This document shows, one piece after another, positions 20,356 through 30,589 of a stretch of DNA of 64,000 bases. Source of the DNA: an uncultured cyanobacterium (lineage in GTDB: Bacteria > Cyanobacteriota > Cyanobacteriia > PCC-9006 > JAAUQQ01); the NCBI GenBank assembly GCA_963718615.1, contig OY970368.1, positions 5,504,001 through 5,568,000 of the forward strand, in the 5' to 3' direction. Numbering within the stretch: the stretch's first letter is position 1; each line of letters begins with the position of its first letter. Below the pieces are notes generated by a model that worked only from the letters and a program-made list of their open reading frames with translations, searched no databases and was not told the DNA's origin. The position numbers were made by a program, and so were the translations under genes.

Positions 20356-20766
20356 GTGGTGAACCGGAGGTTAACGAGTAGTCAGATGTTGGTATACGAG
20401 GTGTTACAAGACACGTCTCTGGAATTAAGTGCTCAGGCGATTCATGCCGCTTTAGTTCGTCGCGGGCATGCCCGTGGCTTGGCAACGGTTTATCGGGCAT
20501 TGCGAGGGTTGCAATTGCTGGGGTTGGTGCGATCGCATTCCTTGCTCGCAGGAGAACAGGGATTTAGCTTGTGTCACAAAAACTCCCCCTACCTCACCTG
20601 TTTGCAATGCGGACAATCGGTATCTTTAGCAATGAGTCCGATGGAAAACTTTGTCCGACATCTTGCTCAACAAGCGAACTTTCTAGTCTATTACCACACG
20701 CTAGAGCTTATTGGGATCTGTTTGCCTTGTCAAGACAATATTCAAGGGGAACATCATCAAACGTAG
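20356..20766 (+). CDS. Fur-family regulator, divergent Zur paralogue
   Basis: LSAQAIH, GLATVYRAL, LTCLQCG, YYHTLELIGICLPC. Confidence 0.9.
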   Translation: MVNRRLTSSQMLVYEVLQDTSLELSAQAIHAALVRRGHARGLATVYRALRGLQLLGLVRSHSLLAGEQGFSLCHKNSPYLTCLQCGQSVSLAMSPMENFVRHLAQQANFLVYYHTLELIGICLPCQDNIQGEHHQT

Positions 20767-20768
20767 CC

Positions 20769-21404
20769 TTAGAAGTGGCGTTGATTTTGAATCGCTTCAA
20801 GGTCGCAAGTCCCGGTCTCCGCACAGCGATACCCGGCTAAAAGTGCCTTGTTAATCTCGACCACATGGTGGGAAAACTTTTGGTCGTGGGGTTTCGCATT
20901 TGGAAGACGATCGGCCTGTTGCTGATGCACAATGATTGATCCGGATGGAACATACTTTCCAGGCAGAATTTCTACATCCTGGATGAGTGCATGCATCATG
21001 ACGATGCAACCTTGACCGACCTTGGCATTAAAGACTGTGGAACGAAAGCCGATAAAACAATTATCGCCTACGTAGGCTGGTCCGTGAATTAGAGCCATGT
21101 GAGTAATACAGGTATTTCGACCAATCCAGACTGAATACAATTGTTGATCATCTCCAGTGACACGACCTTCCTCGAGGCCATGAATGACGACGCCATCTTG
21201 AATATTGCTGCGATCGCCAATGTGAAAGGGGGTCCCTTCATCCGCTCGAATCGAGCAATGGGGAGCAATCAGTACGCCTTCGCCAATGTGAATATCACCA
21301 ATGAGACTAGAGGCCGGATGAACATAGGCGGATGGGTGAGCTTGGGGACGATCTGTACTTTGGTCCCAGGGGGTTGGTGGTGCAGGTTGATAACGGAGTG
21401 GCAT
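20769..21404 (-). CDS. Stand-alone gamma-carbonic anhydrase domain closely resembling the CcmM N-terminus
   Basis: [65 protein letters not shown]; 211 aa, no RbcS-like repeats. Confidence 0.9.
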   Translation of the reverse strand: MPLRYQPAPPTPWDQSTDRPQAHPSAYVHPASSLIGDIHIGEGVLIAPHCSIRADEGTPFHIGDRSNIQDGVVIHGLEEGRVTGDDQQLYSVWIGRNTCITHMALIHGPAYVGDNCFIGFRSTVFNAKVGQGCIVMMHALIQDVEILPGKYVPSGSIIVHQQQADRLPNAKPHDQKFSHHVVEINKALLAGYRCAETGTCDLEAIQNQRHF

Positions 21405-21477
21405 AGAAATGAAGCTTGCAGATGGATGGTATTTAAGGCACTGAAAACCAAACGTTGAGTTGAATGACCGGGAACCC

Positions 21478-21954
21478 TTAAAGTTGAGTTGGATTAGGTG
21501 CATCGCCATACACCTGTTGCGGATCGAAGGTTTTTTCTAACTCAGTAAAGTGCAGTGTGATCGACTGGGCTACTGCGTCCCCCAGCGGAATTTCACGATA
21601 GAAACAAGAATGATATCCCACATGACAGCTTGCCCCAGTTCCAGCCACATCGACTTTCATCCAGAGGCAATCTTGATCATCGTCAATCAGCAGTTGTCGA
21701 ACATGCTGAATCAGCCCACTGGTCGCCCCCTTATGCCAAAGAACCTGACGACTGCGGCTGTAGTAATGGGCTTCGCGGGTGACGATTGTGCGCCGTAGTG
21801 CTTCGGCATTCATGTATCCCTGCATGAGCACTTCGCCGCTGGAGGCGTTGGTGGTGATCACGGGGATTAATCCTTGGGCATCGAACCTTGGGGCAAGGCT
21901 GGTGCTTTCTTCAACTTGCTGAACGGACTGCCGCTGCGAAAAGGGGAAACTCAT
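21478..21954 (-). CDS. hisI: Phosphoribosyl-AMP cyclohydrolase (monofunctional paralogue)
   Basis: [44 protein letters not shown]. Confidence 0.92.
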   Translation of the reverse strand: MSFPFSQRQSVQQVEESTSLAPRFDAQGLIPVITTNASSGEVLMQGYMNAEALRRTIVTREAHYYSRSRQVLWHKGATSGLIQHVRQLLIDDDQDCLWMKVDVAGTGASCHVGYHSCFYREIPLGDAVAQSITLHFTELEKTFDPQQVYGDAPNPTQL

Positions 21955-21989
21955 GGCCAGAAAACGACATAGAATAATGATGGATAGTT

Positions 21990-22004
21990 TGATAATGATT
22001 ATCA
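21990..22004. promoter_or_regulatory. Zur box upstream of hisI
   Basis: Perfect 7-1-7 TGATAAT-G-ATTATCA. Confidence 0.9.
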
Positions 22005-22077
22005 TTTCTATTGTAGGGTACCATGGCGCTCTAACGCCGAGTGGTGCTAAATTGACGCCTAAGCACACCGTTCTAGG

Positions 22078-22986
22078 GTGATTGATGAGTTCCGTTCTGA
22101 AATTGTGAAAACACCAGTTTGTTGCTTTAGCGCTGTTCTGGGCTTTGGTCTGGGTTCTGTTTTCAGCCTGGGAGGTTTGTCGGCGATCGCCTACGAAGTC
22201 ACCCTAAGCCCCAGCAGCCCCCAACTGGGTGACACCCTCAGCGTTGACATTCGAGCCGAGCAGCCCAACTCTACCGAGCCGCCCCAGGTGCAGGTCGGCA
22301 GCAAAACCTATCCCAGCTTTGCTCTTCCCGGTCGTGGTTTACCCCAGTTTCGGGCCTTGATTCCGACGAGCCCTTTAGATAAGCCAAGCCGGTTGGTGGT
22401 ACAAGTCAGTGGTCAGGACAGAACCCGTAATCTGGCGGTGGAGTTGCGGGGGCGATCGTTCCGCACCCAGAGCATTTGGTTGCCCCCCGGAGATGACGAT
22501 TTGGGGACGGATTTTGAGTTCGATCGCGTCGATGCCTTCAAGCAACTGGTGAGCCCAGAACGCCACTGGTCTGGGCCGTTGCTGCGTCCGAGTGCAGGCT
22601 CAATCACGACGGAGTATGGGGTTCAGCGTTATTACAACGGCAAATTTGCGGATGACTACTACCACCGAGGGGTGGATTATGCCGCGCCCACGGGCACGCC
22701 TGTGGTGGCTCCGGCGGCGGGCTACGTGCGTTTGGTGGGGCGCGAGGCCGAGGGCTTTGAAATCCATGGCAATACCATTGGGGTTGACCATGGCCAGGGG
22801 GTGCTGAGTATTATGATTCACCTCAGCCGCATTGATGTGAAGGAGGGGGATTTCGTGACGGCGGGGCAGCGCATTGGGGCGATCGGCAATACGGGGGCTT
22901 CAACCGGGCCTCATCTCCATTGGGGTCTCTATGTCCATGGGGTGGCGGTTGATCCAGTGCCCTGGCGAACCACCGGTGTAGAGTAG
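22078..22986 (+). CDS. M23 family metallopeptidase
   Basis: HRGVDYAAPTGTPV, GNTGASTGPHLHW. Confidence 0.92.
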   Translation: MIDEFRSEIVKTPVCCFSAVLGFGLGSVFSLGGLSAIAYEVTLSPSSPQLGDTLSVDIRAEQPNSTEPPQVQVGSKTYPSFALPGRGLPQFRALIPTSPLDKPSRLVVQVSGQDRTRNLAVELRGRSFRTQSIWLPPGDDDLGTDFEFDRVDAFKQLVSPERHWSGPLLRPSAGSITTEYGVQRYYNGKFADDYYHRGVDYAAPTGTPVVAPAAGYVRLVGREAEGFEIHGNTIGVDHGQGVLSIMIHLSRIDVKEGDFVTAGQRIGAIGNTGASTGPHLHWGLYVHGVAVDPVPWRTTGVE

Positions 22987-23015
22987 TCCATTCTTCGCAG
23001 TACCCAGGTCAAGAC

Positions 23016-23741
23016 TCATTCATCTACTGCTTTGTCGAGGAGCATTATAGAAAGCTTGCATCGCTCCCTGATCGAAGTTTTTTGCGGTGCATACAGGTAG
23101 AAGAAATGACTCTTGGTCTGGGCTAGAAATCCCTCCTGTTGCAGTTGTTTCAATAGTCGAGTTGTTGTCACGCGTGTACTGCCCACAAAGTCTGCAATCA
23201 TTTGGTGCGTGAGACGCAAGTTGATCAGCATTCCGGTTTCTGTGCGTTCACCAAATCGTGAACCTAACCACATGAATAAACGCTCAATTCGCTGCATGAC
23301 TGGACCGTGACGCAAGGTTAGGAGAACTTGAGTCTGTTTAACTTGGTTAAGGGACTGATGTACCCATAGATCCGGGGTGAGGGTGCTGATCGGAACAACC
23401 GTGACCTGGGTAATGCTCTCAACTTCAAGGGCATCCTGGGGAACCAAGGGAAATCCCAGTAAGTCACCTTGGCTCCAGATACCGACGGGGATGAGCGTAC
23501 CGTCTTCGGCGAGAATGCAGGTGAGGATGAAGCCCTGAGTGATTTGCCAAAATCCATGTTGAGGTAGCTGTAATCGTTCTCTACGTTGAAAAGTGATGGT
23601 TTGAGGCTCTCGATTTGGCAGTGCGTACTCTGGGCAATCACCACTCATGTCTCTAACTTTCATCAGTGAGCTTTTCCATCGGGGTAACTCATTTTGTTCC
23701 TGCTGCTGCCAAGAATCACCTAGCCCTAATAAATCATCCAT
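23016..23741 (-). CDS. Crp/Fnr-family transcriptional regulator
   Basis: C-terminal HTH LTHQMIADFVGSTRVTTTRLL; degenerate cNMP-binding region. Confidence 0.85.
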   Translation of the reverse strand: MDDLLGLGDSWQQQEQNELPRWKSSLMKVRDMSGDCPEYALPNREPQTITFQRRERLQLPQHGFWQITQGFILTCILAEDGTLIPVGIWSQGDLLGFPLVPQDALEVESITQVTVVPISTLTPDLWVHQSLNQVKQTQVLLTLRHGPVMQRIERLFMWLGSRFGERTETGMLINLRLTHQMIADFVGSTRVTTTRLLKQLQQEGFLAQTKSHFFYLYAPQKTSIRERCKLSIMLLDKAVDE

Positions 23742-23751
23742 AAAATGGTGC

Positions 23752-24027
23752 CTAGGAATCGTTTAGATTCTCATTGTTCTGAAAAGCTTTGATTAAATCG
23801 ACTGGCTCGATCTCAGCCACAGCTTTATGAACCTTAAACTGCCTAACGGGATCTGTCATGACTGTAATTGCCGTTTCAATGGGAGGACAGTGAGGTTCAT
23901 GGCACTGTAATTGGCTAATTGAGATCACGATTTCTTCCTCAACATGGAGAAGTTCAAAGAGCCAACTTTTCAGTTGTTCGACTTGAGCGGGTTCGGCTTT
24001 GAGCGGTTGAGATGAAAAGAGATTCAT
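23752..24027 (-). CDS. Small conserved protein with CxEPxCPPxET motif
   Basis: QLQCHEPHCPPIETAI..FKVHK. Confidence 0.8.
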   Translation of the reverse strand: MNLFSSQPLKAEPAQVEQLKSWLFELLHVEEEIVISISQLQCHEPHCPPIETAITVMTDPVRQFKVHKAVAEIEPVDLIKAFQNNENLNDS

Positions 24028-24150
24028 GGTTACGATAGGTTTTGGATAAGCTGAAATAGATTGCTTCAGACCTTGATAAGACTGAGTTCATGAGACTGAG
24101 TTCAACCAACTGGAACTCAAGACATTGAGAAATAGTGAGGATGGAAAGCT

Positions 24151-26007
24151 TTAGATGAGAGATTTTTGGGCGATCGCCTCCTGCATTTTGTCGATGAGCA
24201 CTTGAAGCTTTAAGCAGCCTAAATCTCCCCCCATTCGGGTCCGAACACTGAGGGTTTCGCTCTCTACCTCTCGTTTGCCAATTACCGCAATCACAGGGAT
24301 TTTTTCAAGTTCTGCGGTTCGAATCATTTTGCCGAGGCGATCGCCACTCTGATCCACCTCTGCCCGAAATCCTTGTTTTTTTAACTGCTGAACCCATTGA
24401 TCTGCATAGTCCCGCTGTTTATCACTCACGGGCAATAGCCTGACTTGTACCGGAGCCAACCACAGCGGAAAAAGGCCCGCATAGTTCTCAATTAAAATGC
24501 CAAAGAATCGCTCTAGGGAACCGAAGATGGCGCGGTGAATCATGATGGGTCGTTTCCGTGAACCGTCCGCTGCGACATATTCCATGTCAAACCGTTCTGG
24601 CAAGTTGAAATCCACCTGAATGGTAGAACATTGCCACAGACGACCAATGGCATCGCGAATTTTGATGTCAATCTTGGGACCATAGAAAGCCCCGCCCCCT
24701 TCATCCGTGAGGTAGGGCCACCCCTTGGTTTCTAATGCTTCGATCAACGCAGCGGTGGCCAATTGCCAAATCTCATCCCCACCGACGGATTTCTCTGGTC
24801 GAGTTGAAAGATTGACTTCATAATCCTGGAAGCCAAAGTCTGAGAGGATTTTTTCCGTGAGGTCTAGAACGCCTAAAATTTCAACGGCGACCTGATCGGG
24901 TAAACAGAAAATATGCGCATCATCCTGAGTAAATCCGCGAACGCGCATCAACCCGTGGAGCGTGCCAGATCGCTCGTAGCGATAGACTGTGCCGAGTTCT
25001 GCCCAACGCAGGGGAAACTCCCGATAGGAATGGAGATCATGCTGGTAGGTCAACACATGAAAGGGGCAATTCATGGGTTTGAGCTGATAGGCTTGCTCCT
25101 CCACATCAATGGCATCAAACATGCCATCTCGATAGAAATCAAAATGGCCCGAGGTTTTCCAAAGCTCTAGGTTGGCCAGATGGGGGGTGAACAATAGCTC
25201 ATAGCCTGCCTCCGTATGAGCCTGCCGCCAATAGTCTTCGATCACACGGCGAATTCTTGCGCCCTTAGGGTGCCAAAACACCAAGCCGCCCCCCGCTTGC
25301 TCTTCAATGCTGAAGAGCTTTAGTTCTTGGCCCAACTTGCGATGATCCCGCCGTTTAGCCTCCTCTTTTTGTTGGAGATAGCTTTGGAGCTGTTCTGGAG
25401 TTTCCCAAGCGGTGCCATACACCCGCTGTAACTGTGCCTTGGTTTCGTCACCTCGCCAATAGGCTCCGGCCACACTTTCCAAGGCAAAGGCCTGGGGATT
25501 GATCTGCCCCGTCCGGGTCAAATGGGGGCCAGCACAGAGATCCCACCAGCAGGGGTGGGGGGGAATGACGACTGGGTGAATCAGAGACGGTTCGACTTCC
25601 GGGTGATTGGTCCAACCGCTGTCAGGGCAGCCGATGAAATAGCGACTAATGACGGCCTCCTCTGGGAGACTATCAAGAATTTCGAGCTTGTAGGGTTCGT
25701 TGAGTTGCTCAATTTCCGCCTTAATGGCTGTGCGATCAACAGTTTCTTGAATGATGGGCAGATCCGCTTTGATGATTTGCCGCATTTCCAGCTCAATCTG
25801 CTCTAGATCCTCTGGGGTGAAGGGAGTGGGGCAATCAAAATCGTAGTAGAAGCCAGTCTCCGTCCAGGGGCCAAGGGTCACCTTCGCCTCCGGAAAGAGT
25901 CGCTGCACGGCCATGGCGAGAACATGGGAGCAGGTGTGGCGAATCCGCTGGAGCTGGTCAGCGACCTCAGGAAGAGGTGAGAGTTGAACAAAAGCAGGAT
26001 GGGACAT
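24151..26007 (-). CDS. thrS: Threonyl-tRNA synthetase (probably the Zur-regulated second copy)
   Basis: RHTCSHVLA, DLCAGPH, RDHRKLG, KPMNCPFH, RVRGFTQDDAH, FYGPKID, HRAIFGSLERF. Confidence 0.97.
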   Translation of the reverse strand: MSHPAFVQLSPLPEVADQLQRIRHTCSHVLAMAVQRLFPEAKVTLGPWTETGFYYDFDCPTPFTPEDLEQIELEMRQIIKADLPIIQETVDRTAIKAEIEQLNEPYKLEILDSLPEEAVISRYFIGCPDSGWTNHPEVEPSLIHPVVIPPHPCWWDLCAGPHLTRTGQINPQAFALESVAGAYWRGDETKAQLQRVYGTAWETPEQLQSYLQQKEEAKRRDHRKLGQELKLFSIEEQAGGGLVFWHPKGARIRRVIEDYWRQAHTEAGYELLFTPHLANLELWKTSGHFDFYRDGMFDAIDVEEQAYQLKPMNCPFHVLTYQHDLHSYREFPLRWAELGTVYRYERSGTLHGLMRVRGFTQDDAHIFCLPDQVAVEILGVLDLTEKILSDFGFQDYEVNLSTRPEKSVGGDEIWQLATAALIEALETKGWPYLTDEGGGAFYGPKIDIKIRDAIGRLWQCSTIQVDFNLPERFDMEYVAADGSRKRPIMIHRAIFGSLERFFGILIENYAGLFPLWLAPVQVRLLPVSDKQRDYADQWVQQLKKQGFRAEVDQSGDRLGKMIRTAELEKIPVIAVIGKREVESETLSVRTRMGGDLGCLKLQVLIDKMQEAIAQKSLI

Positions 26008-26073
26008 CGACGTCTGAGAGAATCCCTACGAGAGCAATGCACTTGGAATACACCCTTGCGATCATAACATTTT

Positions 26074-26088
26074 TGATAATGATTATCA
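26074..26088. promoter_or_regulatory. Zur box upstream of thrS
   Basis: Perfect TGATAAT-G-ATTATCA. Confidence 0.9.
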
Positions 26089-26398
26089 TTCTTGTTGATG
26101 GAAAGCCATCAATTGGGTTGGCTTTGGCGGCTTCAAGGTGAGAGGATGTTTGAGAATAGCTGAGGCTGTGGCCATTTTCGCCATTACTCCCTGGCTTGCA
26201 CCGAAGCATCAGGCCATTCTGAGCTAGCCAAGGTATCAATTCCTGCAACTTGGCGCATTCTTAAACATCCTCTGAAAGATGTCACCCAACTATCCTCCCT
26301 CAGGGGATCTCTTATCCCCCCTAGGGGTATTGTTGTGTGTCAACCTTAGCATTTAGGGTTAGGGGAAGATTGCAAACATTTTTTGGGAGTCTTGTCTC

Positions 26399-26998
26399 AT
26401 GGCCTACGAATTACCGGCATTGCCCTATGACTACAATGCCCTAGATCCATACATTTCAAAAAGCACTTTAGAATTTCACCATGACAAGCACCATGCTGCC
26501 TATGTGAGTAAATTTAATCAGGCCATCCAGGGAACGGATTGGGATCAAATGCCCATTGAAAAAGTGATTCAGGCGATCGCAGGGGATGCCGATAAGACTG
26601 CCATTTTTAACAACGCGGCCCAAGCCTGGAACCATACCTTCTATTGGAACAGTATGAAACCAGGGGGAGGAGGGATGCCCAGCGGAGAATTAATGAAGAA
26701 AATTGAAGCTGATTTTGGGGGCTTTGAGTCATTTGCAGAAGCCTTTAAAAATGCAGGAGCTACACAATTTGGCAGTGGTTGGGCTTGGTTGGTGCTAGAA
26801 GGTCGCACCCTCAAGGTCACAAAAACCCTCAATGCAGATAATCCCCTCACCCAAGGACAAGTCCCTCTGCTCACGATGGATGTTTGGGAACATGCCTATT
26901 ATTTGGATTATCAAAATAAGCGCCCCGACTACATTGAAACGTTCTTGGGAAATCTCGTGAACTGGGAATTTGCAGCTCAAAATTTAGCTGCGGCCTAA
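26399..26998 (+). CDS. sodB: Fe-superoxide dismutase
   Basis: HHDKHH, FNNAAQAWNH (Fe-type AAQ), FGSGWAWL, DVWEHAYY. Confidence 0.95.
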   Translation: MAYELPALPYDYNALDPYISKSTLEFHHDKHHAAYVSKFNQAIQGTDWDQMPIEKVIQAIAGDADKTAIFNNAAQAWNHTFYWNSMKPGGGGMPSGELMKKIEADFGGFESFAEAFKNAGATQFGSGWAWLVLEGRTLKVTKTLNADNPLTQGQVPLLTMDVWEHAYYLDYQNKRPDYIETFLGNLVNWEFAAQNLAAA

Positions 26999-27126
26999 GC
27001 TTTTGTGCGGTTTCAGAGTCTTGACCCGATGTATGGGTGCAGGACACTGCTTGAACTGGAAAACTGACGATCCGATGGCTCTGTCCAAGCGGTAGAGCCT
27101 GATTCTTCATCCCCGTTGAGCCCACC

Positions 27127-27345
27127 ATGATTTTGAATCCTGACTTTCCTCATATTGTCTGGTCATTTCCCTATCGCGGCTGGCGATTGGAGGTAGATCG
27201 GAGCGAAAATGATGGGCAAGTTGTATATGCTGTTTGGGCTAATCATGAGGGAGGGACGGCGATCGCAGTGCCCTGTGCTTTGACCCGTGAAGAGGCCATC
27301 AAGCGCGCCAAGCACTATGTCGATTCCCGAATCAGCGCTGATTAG
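27127..27345 (+). CDS. Small hypothetical protein (72 aa)
   Basis: Fills the gap between sodB and the WD40 gene; protein-like composition (YRGWRLEV...EEAIKRAKHYVD). Confidence 0.65.
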   Translation: MILNPDFPHIVWSFPYRGWRLEVDRSENDGQVVYAVWANHEGGTAIAVPCALTREEAIKRAKHYVDSRISAD

Positions 27346-28418
27346 AACATTCGCCAAATCAACCATTCCCCCGCCTGCCCTCCAGCCACCAAAAACTGCC
27401 CTGAAGGATGCCACGCGACGGTAGAAAATCCCTGCATCGTGGCCTCAATTATTTGGCTTAAAATATGGCCCTTGCGCCAAAGCCCCAGAGAGCCATCCGC
27501 CGAGGCCGTGGCGAGTAACAAACTTTGGGGATGAAAGGCGATCGCCTCCACCCGTTCTGTATGCAACTCCAGTAATCGTGCCTCCCAGCCAATCGCATCA
27601 TCCTCGGATTTTTGCCACAGGACAATATCTTGGCTACTGGCACTCGCCAATAATGGAGCCTGACCCGACAGCACTGGGCTCCAGACGAGCTGCCTCACCT
27701 TCCCCGGAAAGCCCCCCATGCGCCAAGGATTCTCACTGTTGCCCTGTTGCCAGACCCAGAGCGTCCGGTCGAGATTGCCTGAGGCTAAGTATTGACCTTC
27801 TGGTGAGCAGGCGATCGCCAGCCCCGCAGAGGGCATCTCTAAAATCTGCGGTTCCCGGTCCCAATCGCCAGCCTTCCAAATTTTGACGCCCTGCTGTCCA
27901 CTGACGGCGAGCCAGTGCCCCGCCGGGTGCCATTGCAGATCTAATACTGACGACTGCTCAAAATCCACCGTCATCACGACAGCCTGGTCGATCGCATCCC
28001 AAACCTGAACATAATGACCCAAACTGAACGCCAGCTCAGGCTTGCAAGGATTCCAGGCTAGGCGATCGACCCAGACCCGTGGATGTTCAAGTTGGGTGAG
28101 CAGCGTCGGCCCCTCTTTGGAATCAGCTTGGATTGGCATCGACCACAGATACAGACATCCCTCCTGACCCCCGGCTGCCAGAAATCGGCCATCGGCGGAA
28201 AATTCTAAGGTATCGATGGAAGATCCCTGCGGTTCCGTCAATGGATGCAGAGACAATTCTTCCCCTAGCCAATGGCCCCAAACCACCTCACCCGCCGCAG
28301 AAGCAAGGGCAATGACTTGGCCCGTGGGAGACCAGGCGATCGCCGTGATGTAGTCCTGTAAATGGCCCTGGCTATGGGGGGTTACCAGGGTTTGCAGGGG
28401 TGCTCTTACTGTATACAT
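27342..28418 (-). CDS. WD40 repeat protein
   Basis: Repeated WSP.G/FSADG/WHP.G..LA.G..D...W units; overlaps the COG0523 stop. Confidence 0.9.
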   Translation of the reverse strand: MYTVRAPLQTLVTPHSQGHLQDYITAIAWSPTGQVIALASAAGEVVWGHWLGEELSLHPLTEPQGSSIDTLEFSADGRFLAAGGQEGCLYLWSMPIQADSKEGPTLLTQLEHPRVWVDRLAWNPCKPELAFSLGHYVQVWDAIDQAVVMTVDFEQSSVLDLQWHPAGHWLAVSGQQGVKIWKAGDWDREPQILEMPSAGLAIACSPEGQYLASGNLDRTLWVWQQGNSENPWRMGGFPGKVRQLVWSPVLSGQAPLLASASSQDIVLWQKSEDDAIGWEARLLELHTERVEAIAFHPQSLLLATASADGSLGLWRKGHILSQIIEATMQGFSTVAWHPSGQFLVAGGQAGEWLIWRMF

Positions 28419-29380
28419 GCGCAGAAGTCCCGCCGAAGTTGTTCTCCATCTAAGTCACGACCGATAAACACCAATTCATTCTTGCGCGTTTCGTTAGACT
28501 TCCAGGGGCGATCGGGTTGTCCATCGAAGAGCATATGTACCCCTTGAAACACAAAGCGTTGATCCTCTCCGGCAATATTCAAAATGCCCTTCATCCGAAA
28601 GATGTTTGTGCCTTGGGTTTGTAGCAAATGGCTCAGCCAATCATTCAACTTCACGCCATCCAATTCTCCTGCTTCCACGATAGCTACAGACCCCACCGAA
28701 TCATCATGCTCATGGGCATGTTCTTCCTCTAAAAACTCAGGCTCAATTTCCAAGGCTCGGTTGAGATCAAAGGCTTTGACTCCTAAGATTGCATCCATTT
28801 CAACCGCAGCATCCTGGGTCCGATAAATCTTGGCCATGGCATTCATGGCACGAATTCGCTGCTCTAGGGCAATTAAATCTGCCTCTTCCACGAGATCCGT
28901 TTTATTCAGCAAGATTACATCGGCAAAGGCTAATTGTTCCTGGGCTTCATCGGCTTCCCAATGCTGATGGATATGTTTGGCATCTACTACGGTGACCACA
29001 GCATCCAAGGCGAGTTGGCCTCGCATATCCTCATCAACAAAGAAGGTCTGAATGACAGGAGCTGGGTCTGCCAAGCCGGTCGTCTCAATGACCAGATGAT
29101 CAAACTTGTTTCGACGCTTCATTAAGTTGCCAATAATGCGAATCAAATCCCCTCGCACCGTACAGCAAATACAGCCATTGTTCATTTCAAAGATTTCTTC
29201 ATCGGCATCAATGACCAACTGGTTATCAATGCCGACCTCGCCAAACTCATTGACGATCACCGCAATCTTTTGACCATGCTCATGGGTGAGAATGCGGTTG
29301 AGCAGCGTTGTCTTGCCTGCTCCCAGATAGCCCGTGAGAACCGTGACGGGCACAACGCTTTCTTCGTATGCAATGCTCAT
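28406..29380 (-). CDS. COG0523/CobW family G3E GTPase
   Basis: TGYLGAGKTT, NEFGE, GCICCT, ETTGLADP, NKTD, CobW_C (RMKG, FQGVH, LVFIG). Confidence 0.95.
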   Translation of the reverse strand: MSIAYEESVVPVTVLTGYLGAGKTTLLNRILTHEHGQKIAVIVNEFGEVGIDNQLVIDADEEIFEMNNGCICCTVRGDLIRIIGNLMKRRNKFDHLVIETTGLADPAPVIQTFFVDEDMRGQLALDAVVTVVDAKHIHQHWEADEAQEQLAFADVILLNKTDLVEEADLIALEQRIRAMNAMAKIYRTQDAAVEMDAILGVKAFDLNRALEIEPEFLEEEHAHEHDDSVGSVAIVEAGELDGVKLNDWLSHLLQTQGTNIFRMKGILNIAGEDQRFVFQGVHMLFDGQPDRPWKSNETRKNELVFIGRDLDGEQLRRDFCACIQ

Positions 29381-29393
29381 AGCCGCCCTGGAT

Positions 29394-29408
29394 TGAAAAT
29401 GATTATCG
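29394..29408. promoter_or_regulatory. Zur box upstream of COG0523-WD40
   Basis: TGAAAAT-G-ATTATCG (2 mismatches to the 7-1-7 palindrome). Confidence 0.75.
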
Positions 29409-29494
29409 ATATCAAATAATATAGAGCAGGTTAGGGCTGAGGGCTACAAAGAATCATTACGGGGAATCATGGCAGACCCCTAGAGAGAATGGGT

Positions 29495-30559
<1,065 letters not shown>

Positions 30560-30589
30560 AGAGATCCAGAAATGAAAAGGAGAGAAGAA

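Noticed and set aside
22078-22986. M23 peptidase as part of the Zn regulon
   Set aside because: Divergent from the hisI box, but a common cell-wall gene; no independent evidence of co-regulation
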